Shown one piece after another: positions 28,840 through 38,796 of a stretch of 64,000 nucleotides of DNA. How positions within the stretch are numbered: position 1 is the first letter of the stretch; each line of letters opens with the position of its first letter. The notes under the pieces were generated by a model. The model saw only the letters and a program-made list of their open reading frames with translations. It was not told the origin of the DNA and searched no databases. The DNA lies in IMG/VR virus record IMGVR_UViG_3300017777_003723, positions 2,752 to 66,751 of that record. The stretch is one strand, 5' to 3'. Source of the stretch: a virus (Duplodnaviria > Caudoviricetes). A program made the translations under genes and the position numbers.

Positions 28840-29889
28840 TTACCAAGTGATGGTGACCTTGCCGGTCTTGCCGCTTGTCGCAGCGACCGTGGTGGTGCCA
28901 GTCGAAGCGCCGTTGCCACCGGTGCCGATGTTGGTTTCGACGGGAGTAGTTCCACCACCAGTACCACCAGTGCCTTGGCGCGTACCGCTGACAAGCACGG
29001 TGGACCCGGCGGTTCCAGCGGTTCCATTGGCGCGAGTGACGCTAGTGGTTGTACCGTTAGCGGTGCCTCCGGTTCCAGCCGCCCCACCAGGAGCACCAAC
29101 CACCGCCCCTCCTGACCCATTTGCGCCCCCAAGCGCTGAGAGCAGGACCGTGGAGCTTCGGATGATGGCAGAGCCTCCAGTGTCAACGGAGACGGACAAC
29201 ACCTCTCCGGGCGTGACAGGTATGGTTCCGTGTGCGTATTCACCACCACCACCACCACCACCCGCAGACAGCCCGAAAGATGGAGACGAGAACGGAGGGT
29301 TTCCTGAAGCTCCACCGTTTCCACCATTGCCCCAAATAGCCGCAGTGATGTTGTAGACACCTGTTGGTACAGTGAACGATCCAGTGAAGGTAAGGCTCTG
29401 GGTATTCCCAGCCCCGGTGGAGTTAGAGTACCCGCTATCGTAGCTGCTGAACGCGCTTTCTCCGGATGCGTCGTATGACTTTACCCAGTAGTTGTAGACC
29501 GACCCGACAGCGACCGTGGTGTCGTCGTAGCTGGTCGTGGCCGTGGTTCCAATCAGCGTGGCGGCGGAAGAGTTCGTGGTGGTTCCGCGGTAGATCCGGT
29601 ATCCAGCCGCACCGGTGACGCCGGACCACGACACCGTCACCTTGTTGGCGAAGCTGCCATCCGAGGCTGACACGCTCCCCGGCACAGCAAGCGTCCCCAC
29701 CGACATCCCGATCCACGCCTTGAAGTCATCCGTCGGGGTGCCGTCCGGCTTGATGGCCCACGCCGCCATGTTGTAGAGGTAGATCGCCAGCTTGGTCGGG
29801 ACACCGAGCAGCTTCTCGCACCACGAAGCGTTGGCGGCCGGGATGATGGCCTTGAACTGGTCCGGTGTGTATGGAGGTGTGGTTGCCAT
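28840..29889 (-). CDS. Virion protein with FN3 domain and Gly-rich C-terminus
   Basis: VTVSWSGVTGAAGYRIYR...YNYWVKS FN3 motif; GGGGGGEY. Confidence 0.8.
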   Translation of the reverse strand: MATTPPYTPDQFKAIIPAANASWCEKLLGVPTKLAIYLYNMAAWAIKPDGTPTDDFKAWIGMSVGTLAVPGSVSASDGSFANKVTVSWSGVTGAAGYRIYRGTTTNSSAATLIGTTATTSYDDTTVAVGSVYNYWVKSYDASGESAFSSYDSGYSNSTGAGNTQSLTFTGSFTVPTGVYNITAAIWGNGGNGGASGNPPFSSPSFGLSAGGGGGGGEYAHGTIPVTPGEVLSVSVDTGGSAIIRSSTVLLSALGGANGSGGAVVGAPGGAAGTGGTANGTTTSVTRANGTAGTAGSTVLVSGTRQGTGGTGGGTTPVETNIGTGGNGASTGTTTVAATSGKTGKVTITW

Positions 29890-29892
29890 TGG

Positions 29893-29904
29893 TGTATCGT
29901 TACA
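29893..29904. promoter_or_regulatory. Operator-like site TGTATCGTTACA
   Basis: 1 mismatch; overlaps the glycosyltransferase stop, 3 nt before ATG29889. Confidence 0.75.
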
Positions 29905-32341
29905 TTTTTAGCTGCGCTTTCAATCTTTCCCGGCGGGCTTTATCCAGCGACCACTCGTTCACGCCTCCACCAGCTCCAAACGGTGTCGTGAACACCTCCC
30001 CACCACCACACGGACCGCCCCACTTCTGTTCGTAGTAGAGCCGGCCCTCATGGGCACCGTCGGCCACCGGGTTGCTCCCGTCGGCACGGGTCATCTTCTT
30101 TAGCGTGCTGCTTCCCGTTTCCTGGTGGCGCGGCGAGCAGTCAGCAATCACAGCAGAAACCCCGGACAGCCCGTTTCGGCGGGAGGCGTCCACGTCCTCG
30201 TAATATGCTGGCCAGAAGTTCTCATCGAACAGTCCAAACCTTTCCACCCCTCTCCGTGTGATGGCGAAACAGGAGTACCCGTAGCCGAGGATCAAGTCGT
30301 GGTCCGCCTGAAGGGATTCGATGGAATCTTTGAACCGCTGGGCCTCCCCAGGCGGAAACATCACATCATCATTGGAGATGACTATCGAGCTGGCGTTCGG
30401 GTTCAGCCGGATGATTTCGTTCCAACCGCCGGCGCATCCGAGATTGGTGCCGGCTTCCACCACGGTCCACCCGTCAGGAGCAACAGCAGCTCCTCGTGGC
30501 CCGTTGTTGAGGACCATCTTCGTGCCGAAGACATCGCCCACACCGCGAGCCAACTCGCCGATCAGGTCTTGGCGGTTGTAGGTCACCACCCCGAAGACGA
30601 TCCCGACTTGCGCGGCGACAGCTCCCTTCACGTCGGCAGGCCGACCGCACCCATCGCTGTAAGTGGAGTGGTCGTTCCCTGTGTGGTCGGCGAGCGACGG
30701 AGCACAAGCGATGATTGGGACGCCGAGGTCACCGAGCGCGATAGCCCAGGTCCGGTCCTGGAAGTGGTTCGGGTACGGGAACCCGGTCGCTGGCAGCTTG
30801 TCCGTCAACGTTCTGTCGATTGCGAAGCATTGGGTTCCCCAGAACTTGTCAGGCAACACCACTTCACCATCCTGCATCGAGTTCCAGTTGATGAACGTGG
30901 CCGCCTTCGGCCAGTGGTGGGACCGGAGCCATTCCGCTACCTTGACCCTGAAGCCATCCACCACCACCACGTCGTCCTCGACGAACAAGGTGTAGCGTGC
31001 GGACGGATTCGATGTATCCAGCGCCCGCCGGCAGTCCTCGTACATTTCGATGTGCTGCTGATGGACCACCTTGACGCCAAGCTTGGCCACTTCCTCCAAC
31101 GCTGCGATGTGGGCAGTAGCCTGGACCATCGTTGGCCGGTAGGAGTTGATGACCGTGATGAGCCTGGCCGGGACGCCTCCCGCGATAAGGCTTTTGACGG
31201 TCTCCATGACCATTACAGCGGCGGTCTCCGGCAATCCGGACAATTTCCGCGCTGAGTTCCGGCACGTCGTAGGGACGACCACGTCAAAAACAGGAGGCGC
31301 AGCACCGACCGACTCAAGGATTCGGTAAAACTTCCAGATGGTCTCCTGGATGGTGAACGGGTTGGCCTGTGCAACAGCGGCCTCGGACATCCCCTCGATG
31401 GAGCCGTCGCGTTTCACGGCCCGCATTGCGTTCACCATGTCCACGAATGACGGCTCGCACCATTCCCCGTTGCCTTCGCAGTGGTCGCCGGCAGGGATCT
31501 CCTCGTGAGGGATGGCGATACCGTGCGGATTGCTCGCCGACGGGCTGAAATACTCGGTCAACCCGCCGTAAGACGGGCTGATGACGGGCCGCCCACAAGC
31601 CATCGCCTCCAGCGGCATCAACCCGAATCCTTCACCCCTGGAAAGGTTGATGAAGCAGCTGATCGTCCCATACCAATCAGCCACCTCCGACTCGGAAAGC
31701 CTGGCTTTGGTCACTAGCACGCGAGGGTCCGGCACAAAGTCGCCGATGGTGTCGTCTGCGAACACCTTCACCTTGAGCCGAACGTCCGGGTCTTCTGGGA
31801 ACGCCGTCAAAAACGCATTGATCGAAGCCTCGATACCCTTTCGGCTCGCTCCGTTCTTTGGGCGACCAGCGGCCCCGAAACAGATTGGACCCACCGGCAG
31901 CGGCTTCGGACTGAAGAAGCTGCTGTCGTACCCCAACGGGCAGACCACGATCGGGACCGTGACGCCGGACGCGATGAAGCCGTCCTTGTTCCATTGGCAC
32001 GGCACCACCACCAGCTCGGCCCGGTTCAAGAACTCCACCGAATGAGGCTTGAGCCGGGTGCTCTCCCACATCGTGAAATAGACGGTCCGCTTTCCGAAAG
32101 TAGGCACCGTGTGCGGTGGTCCGAAGATGACCTCCCATGGTTCTGGCTGCGGCTCTGCAACAATCCTTGCGCTGATGTCCACCGGGGTCCGACCCATCTT
32201 CTCGTTCACCGATTTCGGTCGGATGACCACAGGGACACCAAGTTCACCCAATCCGCGGACCAGTTGCGTCAGCAGCAGCCCGTAACTGGTGTGCGAGGAC
32301 AGCTCCGAGACGATCACCACCCTTGGCGTGCGGTTGTTCAA
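29900..32341 (-). CDS. Multidomain glycosyltransferase (GT4-type plus two GT2-like domains)
   Basis: YFTMWES, SRGEGFGLMPLEAMACG (GT4); LFVEDDVV and ISNDDV...FWPAYYEDVD (GT2-like). Confidence 0.9.
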   Translation of the reverse strand: MNNRTPRVVIVSELSSHTSYGLLLTQLVRGLGELGVPVVIRPKSVNEKMGRTPVDISARIVAEPQPEPWEVIFGPPHTVPTFGKRTVYFTMWESTRLKPHSVEFLNRAELVVVPCQWNKDGFIASGVTVPIVVCPLGYDSSFFSPKPLPVGPICFGAAGRPKNGASRKGIEASINAFLTAFPEDPDVRLKVKVFADDTIGDFVPDPRVLVTKARLSESEVADWYGTISCFINLSRGEGFGLMPLEAMACGRPVISPSYGGLTEYFSPSASNPHGIAIPHEEIPAGDHCEGNGEWCEPSFVDMVNAMRAVKRDGSIEGMSEAAVAQANPFTIQETIWKFYRILESVGAAPPVFDVVVPTTCRNSARKLSGLPETAAVMVMETVKSLIAGGVPARLITVINSYRPTMVQATAHIAALEEVAKLGVKVVHQQHIEMYEDCRRALDTSNPSARYTLFVEDDVVVVDGFRVKVAEWLRSHHWPKAATFINWNSMQDGEVVLPDKFWGTQCFAIDRTLTDKLPATGFPYPNHFQDRTWAIALGDLGVPIIACAPSLADHTGNDHSTYSDGCGRPADVKGAVAAQVGIVFGVVTYNRQDLIGELARGVGDVFGTKMVLNNGPRGAAVAPDGWTVVEAGTNLGCAGGWNEIIRLNPNASSIVISNDDVMFPPGEAQRFKDSIESLQADHDLILGYGYSCFAITRRGVERFGLFDENFWPAYYEDVDASRRNGLSGVSAVIADCSPRHQETGSSTLKKMTRADGSNPVADGAHEGRLYYEQKWGGPCGGGEVFTTPFGAGGGVNEWSLDKARRERLKAQLKM

Positions 32342-32342
32342 C

Positions 32343-33458
32343 TCAATAGTAATAGAGGCATGGGTTGGTGCTTATAGACTTACAGATGAGGCCCGGCAAA
32401 GTGGCGTAGATGTTCGGGAGAAGGTCGGCATCATCTGCCGCGAAAAATAACCCGCAACTGGTCAAACCAGCGATGTAGGTATGGGTGGTGGTGGCGGCGT
32501 TGGTGCAGCTGGCGGTGAGGACATCCGGGATGGACAGCGCGATTCCAACGATGATTCCACCAGAGGCTTTGAAGTTGGTCGCCACCGTCTCCGGGTTCGG
32601 GGTGCAGATGTTCTCCATCCCGTCTGTGAGGAGGATCATCACCTTGCGGGCCGAGAGCCGGCCGTTGTTGTTCAGCTCGACCTTCGCCGTGTCCAATCCA
32701 CCCCCGATTCCAGTCGCGCAATTCACCTGTCCAGCGCCAGGGTTGATGGGTTTTGTGTAACAGTCAGCCCAATTTGGAGTCACCTCGTCGATGGCCGCCA
32801 GGATGGACGCTTTGCTGGTCGAAAGACCGATATGGAGCGTTGTGGATGGCGTCCTGGTGACCTGGCCTCCGTAGTTCGACCAGACACCGGCGAAGCTGAC
32901 CACTGAGACACGGTCCCTGCTGAAGTCCACGTTCTTCACAAATGACTTGGCCGCCGCGATTGTGCGCTCCATGCGGTTCTTTCCGTCAACGCCGATAGAA
33001 CCCGGTCCCATGCTCCCGCTTCGATCGAAGACGATGACGATGTCTAGCAAGTGAGTAGCGACACACGCCTCAGTGACCTGGATCTGTGCAAAGTCAGTCT
33101 CACCTCGGTAGGTCGCCTTGATGGTGGCCACTCCGACATGCACCCCTGTCGTATCCCCAAAGCTGACCGCTGCGATGACGGGGTCGAACGAGGACCATGT
33201 CGCCTTTCCGGTCACGTCCTTCTTGCGGCCATCAGAGAATTTCAGGCGGGCCGTGAACGGGTAGATGCTCCCGACACTGATGACCCCGGACGCCGGGACG
33301 ACCTCCAGCCCGGTGATGGCTACGCCAGGGCACTCGCCAGGATTGTCTACCGCCTGCTCCGGGTCGGCACAGATGACCGGCGCTGCGTCATCGCACTTCG
33401 TCTTCGTGGTTGAGCCAGGCAGAACGCAAGCGGCAACCTTGGGAGATGGGAGGCTCAT
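32343..33458 (-). CDS. Ig-like (Big_2) plus VWA virion-module protein
   Basis: VTGKATWSSFDPVIAAV Ig signature; MIDAS FDRSGSM; ILLTDG. Confidence 0.85.
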   Translation of the reverse strand: MSLPSPKVAACVLPGSTTKTKCDDAAPVICADPEQAVDNPGECPGVAITGLEVVPASGVISVGSIYPFTARLKFSDGRKKDVTGKATWSSFDPVIAAVSFGDTTGVHVGVATIKATYRGETDFAQIQVTEACVATHLLDIVIVFDRSGSMGPGSIGVDGKNRMERTIAAAKSFVKNVDFSRDRVSVVSFAGVWSNYGGQVTRTPSTTLHIGLSTSKASILAAIDEVTPNWADCYTKPINPGAGQVNCATGIGGGLDTAKVELNNNGRLSARKVMILLTDGMENICTPNPETVATNFKASGGIIVGIALSIPDVLTASCTNAATTTHTYIAGLTSCGLFFAADDADLLPNIYATLPGLICKSISTNPCLYYY

Positions 33459-35116
33459 TTGGTGAACGTCACGGTGTCGAGGACACTGTTGCCAAGGCCG
33501 ATGAACTCCGACTTCAACGAGGAACAGGTGGCCGTGAGCCTCAGCGCCCCGAAGCTGCTGCTGTTGCGGACCTCAGAACCAGCAAGAGGAGTACCGAACC
33601 CGGTCAACCCGTGACCTCCGCTTCCGCACACGATGTAGGGCAACCCAGCAACGACGAGTCGTTCGTAGTTGTGGCTGTGCCCGTTCAAGACCAGGTCGAT
33701 CCCGAGCGATTTGTAGTCCCATCGCAACTGCGTTTTGCCCGGTGTATAAGCAGAACCGCTTGTGTATGGCGGGTGATGGAACACCAACACCTTCCACTTG
33801 GCCGTGGAGAGCGCCACCCGTTGGGCAAGTATCGCCTGCCGGACGGAAAGCTCGTCGTTCCCAAGCGCGTCCGTCAGGACTCCGGCCGTGTTGATGGCGG
33901 AGTTCATCATAAAGAAATGGACCGGGCCGTGGATGAAATCGTAGTCGCTCTCCGTCGAGGCATTCGTTTTCGGCAAGGTGAAATAGTCGAAGTACGGCGC
34001 ACCAGCGATACCGCCGACCACGGTGTCCAGGTCGTGGTTCCCAGGCACCGGCCAGAACTTGTTCTTGGTCGCTGCCATCTCTCCTGCCCAAAGAGGCTGC
34101 GAGCCCGCGTAAGGGTAGATGAAGCTTCTGTATTGGGAACCGATGTTGTTGTCGATGTCCGCGGCAGAGCCTGTGCTGTAATTGTTGTCGCCACCGGTCA
34201 GGATGAACTCAGGCTTCCACGACTTCACGAGCACAGCCACGTTGTGCGAGTCGGAGCCTCCATCACCGTAGTCCGAGACGAACGCGAACACGGTCGGCGC
34301 ACTCTCCGCGGCGACGGATGGGTAGTGGTTGTCGATGGAACACCACCGCTGGTTCCGGACCCTCGCCTCGGCAGGGTTGATCGGCTCGTCAGGCTGCTGC
34401 CTCAGCTCCTCACGGCACTCCCAGAGCAGATCAGAGTTCGCTTCAGCGAAGGCGGCCCGTCGAAGCTCCAGCTTCTGCCGGTCGCATCCGAAATCCTGCT
34501 CGTAAGCCATCTGCACGTAGCACTTCACCGCGCCCTCGAACTGAGGGTCGTCCAGGACACTGTCGTCGTCGATCCAGAGAGTCTTCTTGCCCTCCCACTC
34601 CACCACCAAAGATTCATCGCTCTGCAGCCAAGGAGCCACCACCAGTCGGGACTGGTCGATGGCCCACACACCGCAGATAGAGCGACCAAACGCGGAGTCT
34701 GTGGACTGCTCCGGGTATCTGTATCCCAGCGGCAGGGCCGGGAGTCCGACGTTGTCCGGTTCGTTCACGTAGGTCGCCACCAACCCGGTTGACCAACTCT
34801 GAAGTTCAGCCATGTCAACCGACCTGAGCGCCACGACAAAGCAATCAGAATTGCCGTCGGATGAACGCAGCGTATAGACACGCTTGACCACCCCCTTGGG
34901 CCTCTCAGCGATGATAGTGGTGGCGCACTTGAAGTAGGTGGAGCACTGCGGGTAGACCGAAACGTTGGTCTGCTTCAGGCATTCGTTGTGGCGATAGACG
35001 GTCACCATCGCCGACTGGTACATCGCAGCGACCTGGCTAGTCAGGTTCTCTGGCACCCCGTTGGGCCATATCTGCGAGTTCAGTTTCGCCTGGAGCGCCT
35101 GGAAAGATTGAGCCAC
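33455..35116 (-). CDS. Head-tail adaptor-position protein fused to a purple-acid-phosphatase-like metallophosphoesterase
   Basis: C-terminal SDYG, GGDNNY, PGNHD, FHHPPY and NGHSHNYER motifs; N-terminal ~270 aa called adaptor from synteny only. Confidence 0.8.
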   Translation of the reverse strand: MAQSFQALQAKLNSQIWPNGVPENLTSQVAAMYQSAMVTVYRHNECLKQTNVSVYPQCSTYFKCATTIIAERPKGVVKRVYTLRSSDGNSDCFVVALRSVDMAELQSWSTGLVATYVNEPDNVGLPALPLGYRYPEQSTDSAFGRSICGVWAIDQSRLVVAPWLQSDESLVVEWEGKKTLWIDDDSVLDDPQFEGAVKCYVQMAYEQDFGCDRQKLELRRAAFAEANSDLLWECREELRQQPDEPINPAEARVRNQRWCSIDNHYPSVAAESAPTVFAFVSDYGDGGSDSHNVAVLVKSWKPEFILTGGDNNYSTGSAADIDNNIGSQYRSFIYPYAGSQPLWAGEMAATKNKFWPVPGNHDLDTVVGGIAGAPYFDYFTLPKTNASTESDYDFIHGPVHFFMMNSAINTAGVLTDALGNDELSVRQAILAQRVALSTAKWKVLVFHHPPYTSGSAYTPGKTQLRWDYKSLGIDLVLNGHSHNYERLVVAGLPYIVCGSGGHGLTGFGTPLAGSEVRNSSSFGALRLTATCSSLKSEFIGLGNSVLDTVTFTK

Positions 35117-35125
35117 TGGCTTTGG

Positions 35126-35554
35126 TTACGAGATTGTTTCGGTGGTCTTCTTGGGGCGGCCCCGCTTCCCGCGAGTCGGGCTATCTACGGAGTCTTCAGT
35201 CACGCTAGGCTCATCGGCCGCAGGCGCTGCATCCGCCTCTTGGCCTTTCGGCGGGGTTATGATGCTGTGCGGTGACAGCGGTTCCTGACTTTCTTGCGTG
35301 CTCGGCGAGGGCGAGGAGAGTTGCCTCAAATTCGGTTTTTTTTTGAGCAGCTCGCCGTAGCGTTCCACGGATAGAGGCACCACCCCCAGGATCTTTTGTT
35401 CGACGCAGTCGTCCAGCTCCTTGATGGTCAACTCGTCATCGGTGGCGAGCACGGCCGTCTCCTCCCCCAACGGCACAAACGGAACCTTCGCCCCGTTGGA
35501 GAGCCAGATGGCGTTGTTGGGGACTTTCTTCAGGAAGTGGCGGAGCGTGCTCAT
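35126..35554 (-). CDS. Post-capsid gene with C-terminal AT-hook-like KRGRPKK (142 aa)
   Basis: ATG35554; contains an A9 run at 35336-35344. Confidence 0.75.
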   Translation of the reverse strand: MSTLRHFLKKVPNNAIWLSNGAKVPFVPLGEETAVLATDDELTIKELDDCVEQKILGVVPLSVERYGELLKKKPNLRQLSSPSPSTQESQEPLSPHSIITPPKGQEADAAPAADEPSVTEDSVDSPTRGKRGRPKKTTETIS

Positions 35555-35563
35555 TGGCTGATA

Positions 35564-35575
35564 TGTAGCGTTACA
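35564..35575. promoter_or_regulatory. Operator-like site TGTAGCGTTACA
   Basis: 1 mismatch; 9 nt before ATG35554. Confidence 0.7.
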
Positions 35576-35598
35576 ACTCAGGCGGCAGGCCGGCAACT

Positions 35599-35629
35599 AA
35601 AAAGGGGTGCCGCAGTGAAGCGGCACCCC
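35599..35629 (-). terminator. Intrinsic terminator after the major capsid gene
   Basis: Minus strand GGGGTGCCGC-TTCACT-GCGGCACCCC-TTTTT. Confidence 0.88.
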
Positions 35630-35642
35630 CTGCAAGGTGCTT

Positions 35643-35654
35643 TGTGACGTTACA
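35643..35654. promoter_or_regulatory. Operator-like site TGTGACGTTACA
   Basis: 1 mismatch; lies between the capsid stop and the terminator. Confidence 0.75.
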
Positions 35655-35656
35655 TC

Positions 35657-37369
35657 TTAGGTCGTGAAGCCGGCGAAGTTCTTCACGATGTAGGAGTTCT
35701 TCGGGCACTCCACGATGGCGGTGGCCGTCTGGCTGGTCAGTGTGCGGATCTGCGTCGGGTTCTCCATGACGCAGGCAAACGTGCTGTCGATGCGGGCGAG
35801 CTGCTCCAGCTCACCGGTGCGATACACCTTCCGGTTGGTCGCGAGGACCGCCGGGTAGATGGTGCCACCTTTGCCCAGATCCAGCACCATGAGGTAACGG
35901 CCGCTGGTGGTGTCCGGGGTGGACAGGCTGGAGAACACGTTGCGGAGGTCGTCGAACGTCTCGTGAGCGATGACGTTGAGCATGACGCCGTTGGGCATCG
36001 GGAGCTTGTAGCTCATCCAGGTGAACCCGAGCGGGGCCATCGCCGAGTCGGAGTCCTGGTCGGTGAGCTGCATGTTCACGTTGTCCACGCCGTACTTGGC
36101 TTTGGCGTAGGTCACGAACTGCTTGCGGAAGTCGTTCGCCGTGTTGATGTCCGTGTAAACGTCGATGTTTCGGGCCGACGCGGAGCCGTGGCTCTGGCGG
36201 GAACGATAGACGTTGTAGATGATCGTCTCCAGGAACGTGGTCAGGCTCAGCGTGGCCCCTTGACGGTCCGTGACTTGGCTGCAAGCCCGGAGCTGCTCCT
36301 CGACACCGACGATGTCGGCGCGGTAGGCGATGAGCTTTCCACCGGTGCCGGGGTCGATGGACGCGCCACTGACCGAGGTGATCTGCTCCAGCGAGCCCCA
36401 GTTGGTGAGGGTCTGGTTGGCGCTCCCGGCGCGGCCGAACAAGAACTGGTGGACGAACTGCTTCTGGTCCTCCATCTCGTCCTGCTTGTTCCGTTCAGCG
36501 AGCGGCAAGTCAGCGAACTCAGCGAACCAGGCGTTGTCAGCCAACAGCTTCTTCTGGACTTCCAGGTACTGGTCGTCCACGCAGCGGGTCCGCCGGCTGG
36601 TCTGGAAGAAGAACGGGACCAGTTTCGTGGCGTTGTAGTTCGCCGGGTTCTTGCACCACTGCTCAACGTCGTTGACGTTGTTGACGCCGACCACGGCGAT
36701 GCCTGCGGTGGGCGTGGTGTCGTAGGCCGACGCGGAGCCCGCATTGCGGTCCACGATCAGGATGTCCACGTAGGTTCCGTCGGTCGCCAGTGCGCTGTCC
36801 TTGATGCGCCATTGGCCGATCTGGGCCGTGGAGTCACCGGACGCTTTGTTCAGGATGAACAGCGAGTGGCCGCCCTTGCCGCCGACATCACCCAGGAACT
36901 GAGCGGAGTCGATGTAGGTTCCGTAGCCAGGAGTCACACGGACCACGCGGTCGCCGCCAGCAACCGAGGTGAGCGGGCCGGTGCTTCCGACAGTGTAGGA
37001 ACCCGTGGCGTAGCCGTTGGTGACGGCCCAATAATCGGTGTTCACCACCGACATCTGGCGACCAAGGATGTAAGGACGGACGAGGGATGCGCTGCGATCC
37101 CGGCGCTCGACGTTGACCAACTTGCCCATACCGGGCTTGTTGCTGGTCATGATCCAGTCGTAGAAGCCATTGCGGCGGATGCCGCAAGCAGCCATCTCGA
37201 ACTGGTGCTTCAGGAGGCTGTTGAGTTCGTTCCAGGACGAGCCGTCCGTGAACAACGCCTTCATCTGGTCAGGCGTGAGCGTGCTGATTTTGGCCTTGGT
37301 CAGAGTCCCACAAGTGTCGTAGGTGTTCGTGACCGCGACCGAGCATGTATCAAGGAATGGTGTAGGCAT
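35657..37369 (-). CDS. Probable major capsid protein (570 aa)
   Basis: Strongest codon bias in the window; follows scaffold and portal; followed by a terminator. Confidence 0.8.
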   Translation of the reverse strand: MPTPFLDTCSVAVTNTYDTCGTLTKAKISTLTPDQMKALFTDGSSWNELNSLLKHQFEMAACGIRRNGFYDWIMTSNKPGMGKLVNVERRDRSASLVRPYILGRQMSVVNTDYWAVTNGYATGSYTVGSTGPLTSVAGGDRVVRVTPGYGTYIDSAQFLGDVGGKGGHSLFILNKASGDSTAQIGQWRIKDSALATDGTYVDILIVDRNAGSASAYDTTPTAGIAVVGVNNVNDVEQWCKNPANYNATKLVPFFFQTSRRTRCVDDQYLEVQKKLLADNAWFAEFADLPLAERNKQDEMEDQKQFVHQFLFGRAGSANQTLTNWGSLEQITSVSGASIDPGTGGKLIAYRADIVGVEEQLRACSQVTDRQGATLSLTTFLETIIYNVYRSRQSHGSASARNIDVYTDINTANDFRKQFVTYAKAKYGVDNVNMQLTDQDSDSAMAPLGFTWMSYKLPMPNGVMLNVIAHETFDDLRNVFSSLSTPDTTSGRYLMVLDLGKGGTIYPAVLATNRKVYRTGELEQLARIDSTFACVMENPTQIRTLTSQTATAIVECPKNSYIVKNFAGFTT

Positions 37370-37404
37370 TTGTTGTAGCCGCCACTCACCGCTCCATGCG
37401 GGTC

Positions 37405-37416
37405 TGTGACGTTACA
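37405..37416. promoter_or_regulatory. Operator-like site TGTGACGTTACA
   Basis: 1 mismatch; scaffold-capsid intergenic region. Confidence 0.78.
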
Positions 37417-37425
37417 ACAACGCTA

Positions 37426-38796
37426 TCAACCGTAGAGCTGCTTCTGTATCATCTCAGAGAAATCGTCCTTTGGCCCGGCACCCTTCTTGTCCGTGGAGAC
37501 TTTCTCGTCGCCCATCGAGGGCGGGTTCTTGCGCGCCGGAGCCTTTGTTTCAGGCTCTTTCCTCGCCTCGCCCGGCTTCGCCTCTGGCACGGATTCCGGT
37601 TCCTTCCACCCATGCTTTCTCGCCACCGACAAGGCCGCTGAACGCTTCTTCTCGATGGTGGATGAGAGTTTCTCCCTGCCGTCCCTGAGTAACATCGGCC
37701 TGACCAGCTCGGGATGCAGCCACGGAGTATAACACCCCGTGCGTTCCCTGTCGGACATCGCGTTCCACTCTTCCAGCGTCGCGAACTGCCGGGTCACCCC
37801 ATCGGCCATCTTCCAATACATGCTCTCAGGGCTCTCCGTGCGGGCTGCGAGCATCTCCTTCTCGTAGCCGGACACTTTGACCATCAGGGAGGCGTGCAGC
37901 GGGTTGTCCTTCGAGGCCCTGTGCGGAGTGGCCGGGGTGAGCAGTTGCTCGGCGGTGGCCATCAAAGAAGCGGTCTCGCCACCGACAGCCTCCACCGCCT
38001 CTGCGGCCACAGGGTCGGCCTCGGACAGCTCATCGAACGTCTTCACCTTGACCCCGGCCGCTTCAAAGATGGCTTTGGCTCCCAGGTTCGCGGCCCTGGT
38101 CGCGTTACCGTCGATGCGCTCGGCCGTGGTTCGCTTTGTCTCGGCAGCGGTGTGGGCGGCCAGCTTCCGGGTGACCTTCTCGTCCGCGATCATCTCGGTC
38201 TCCGAGTGGCGGAACTCGTCACCATCGCTCCATGACGGCGTGGAGGTCGAGTAGAACTCCTCGTGCTCGTCGTCCTCGCCGTCGAAGTCTTTGCCTGGGT
38301 TCGCCCTCTGCCACTTGGCCAGGTAGTCCTTCTCCGCCTTCAGGAAGGCGCGGTATTCGCCCTCCCGGCCCTTCATGTCCTGGCTTTGCTCCGCCATGAA
38401 CTTGGCGACCCGGAGAGCGTGCTTGTCCCCTGCGGTGAGGTCGGCGTCCGGGTCCGCCTTGGCCTCGGGCTGTTGCTTCGCCGCCTTCGCTGCCAACCGT
38501 TCAGCCACGTCGTCCGCCAGCTTGGCGGTGTCGATGACCGGAGCGGGTTTTTCCTCGGGCTTCCTGACCTCCGGCTTTTTCGGCTCTACGTCGGCCGGCT
38601 TCTTGACCGGCTCTGGCTTCTCCTTCTTGTCCTCATCGGCTTTGGAGTCGTCAGGAGCAGCGACCACCTTCTCCTCCTTCTTTTCAGGAGCCGCAGGCTT
38701 CTTCTCCGGAGGCTTCCCGTAGCCCAAACCATCCATGATGGATGCGGCCAGGTCGTCGATGTTCTCGGCAGGTTTTTCGGTGTCTTTATCGGGCAT
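37426..38796 (-). CDS. Probable scaffolding protein (456 aa)
   Basis: Highly charged K/E/P-rich helical protein between portal and capsid; ends DFSEMIQKQLYG. Confidence 0.75.
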   Translation of the reverse strand: MPDKDTEKPAENIDDLAASIMDGLGYGKPPEKKPAAPEKKEEKVVAAPDDSKADEDKKEKPEPVKKPADVEPKKPEVRKPEEKPAPVIDTAKLADDVAERLAAKAAKQQPEAKADPDADLTAGDKHALRVAKFMAEQSQDMKGREGEYRAFLKAEKDYLAKWQRANPGKDFDGEDDEHEEFYSTSTPSWSDGDEFRHSETEMIADEKVTRKLAAHTAAETKRTTAERIDGNATRAANLGAKAIFEAAGVKVKTFDELSEADPVAAEAVEAVGGETASLMATAEQLLTPATPHRASKDNPLHASLMVKVSGYEKEMLAARTESPESMYWKMADGVTRQFATLEEWNAMSDRERTGCYTPWLHPELVRPMLLRDGREKLSSTIEKKRSAALSVARKHGWKEPESVPEAKPGEARKEPETKAPARKNPPSMGDEKVSTDKKGAGPKDDFSEMIQKQLYG

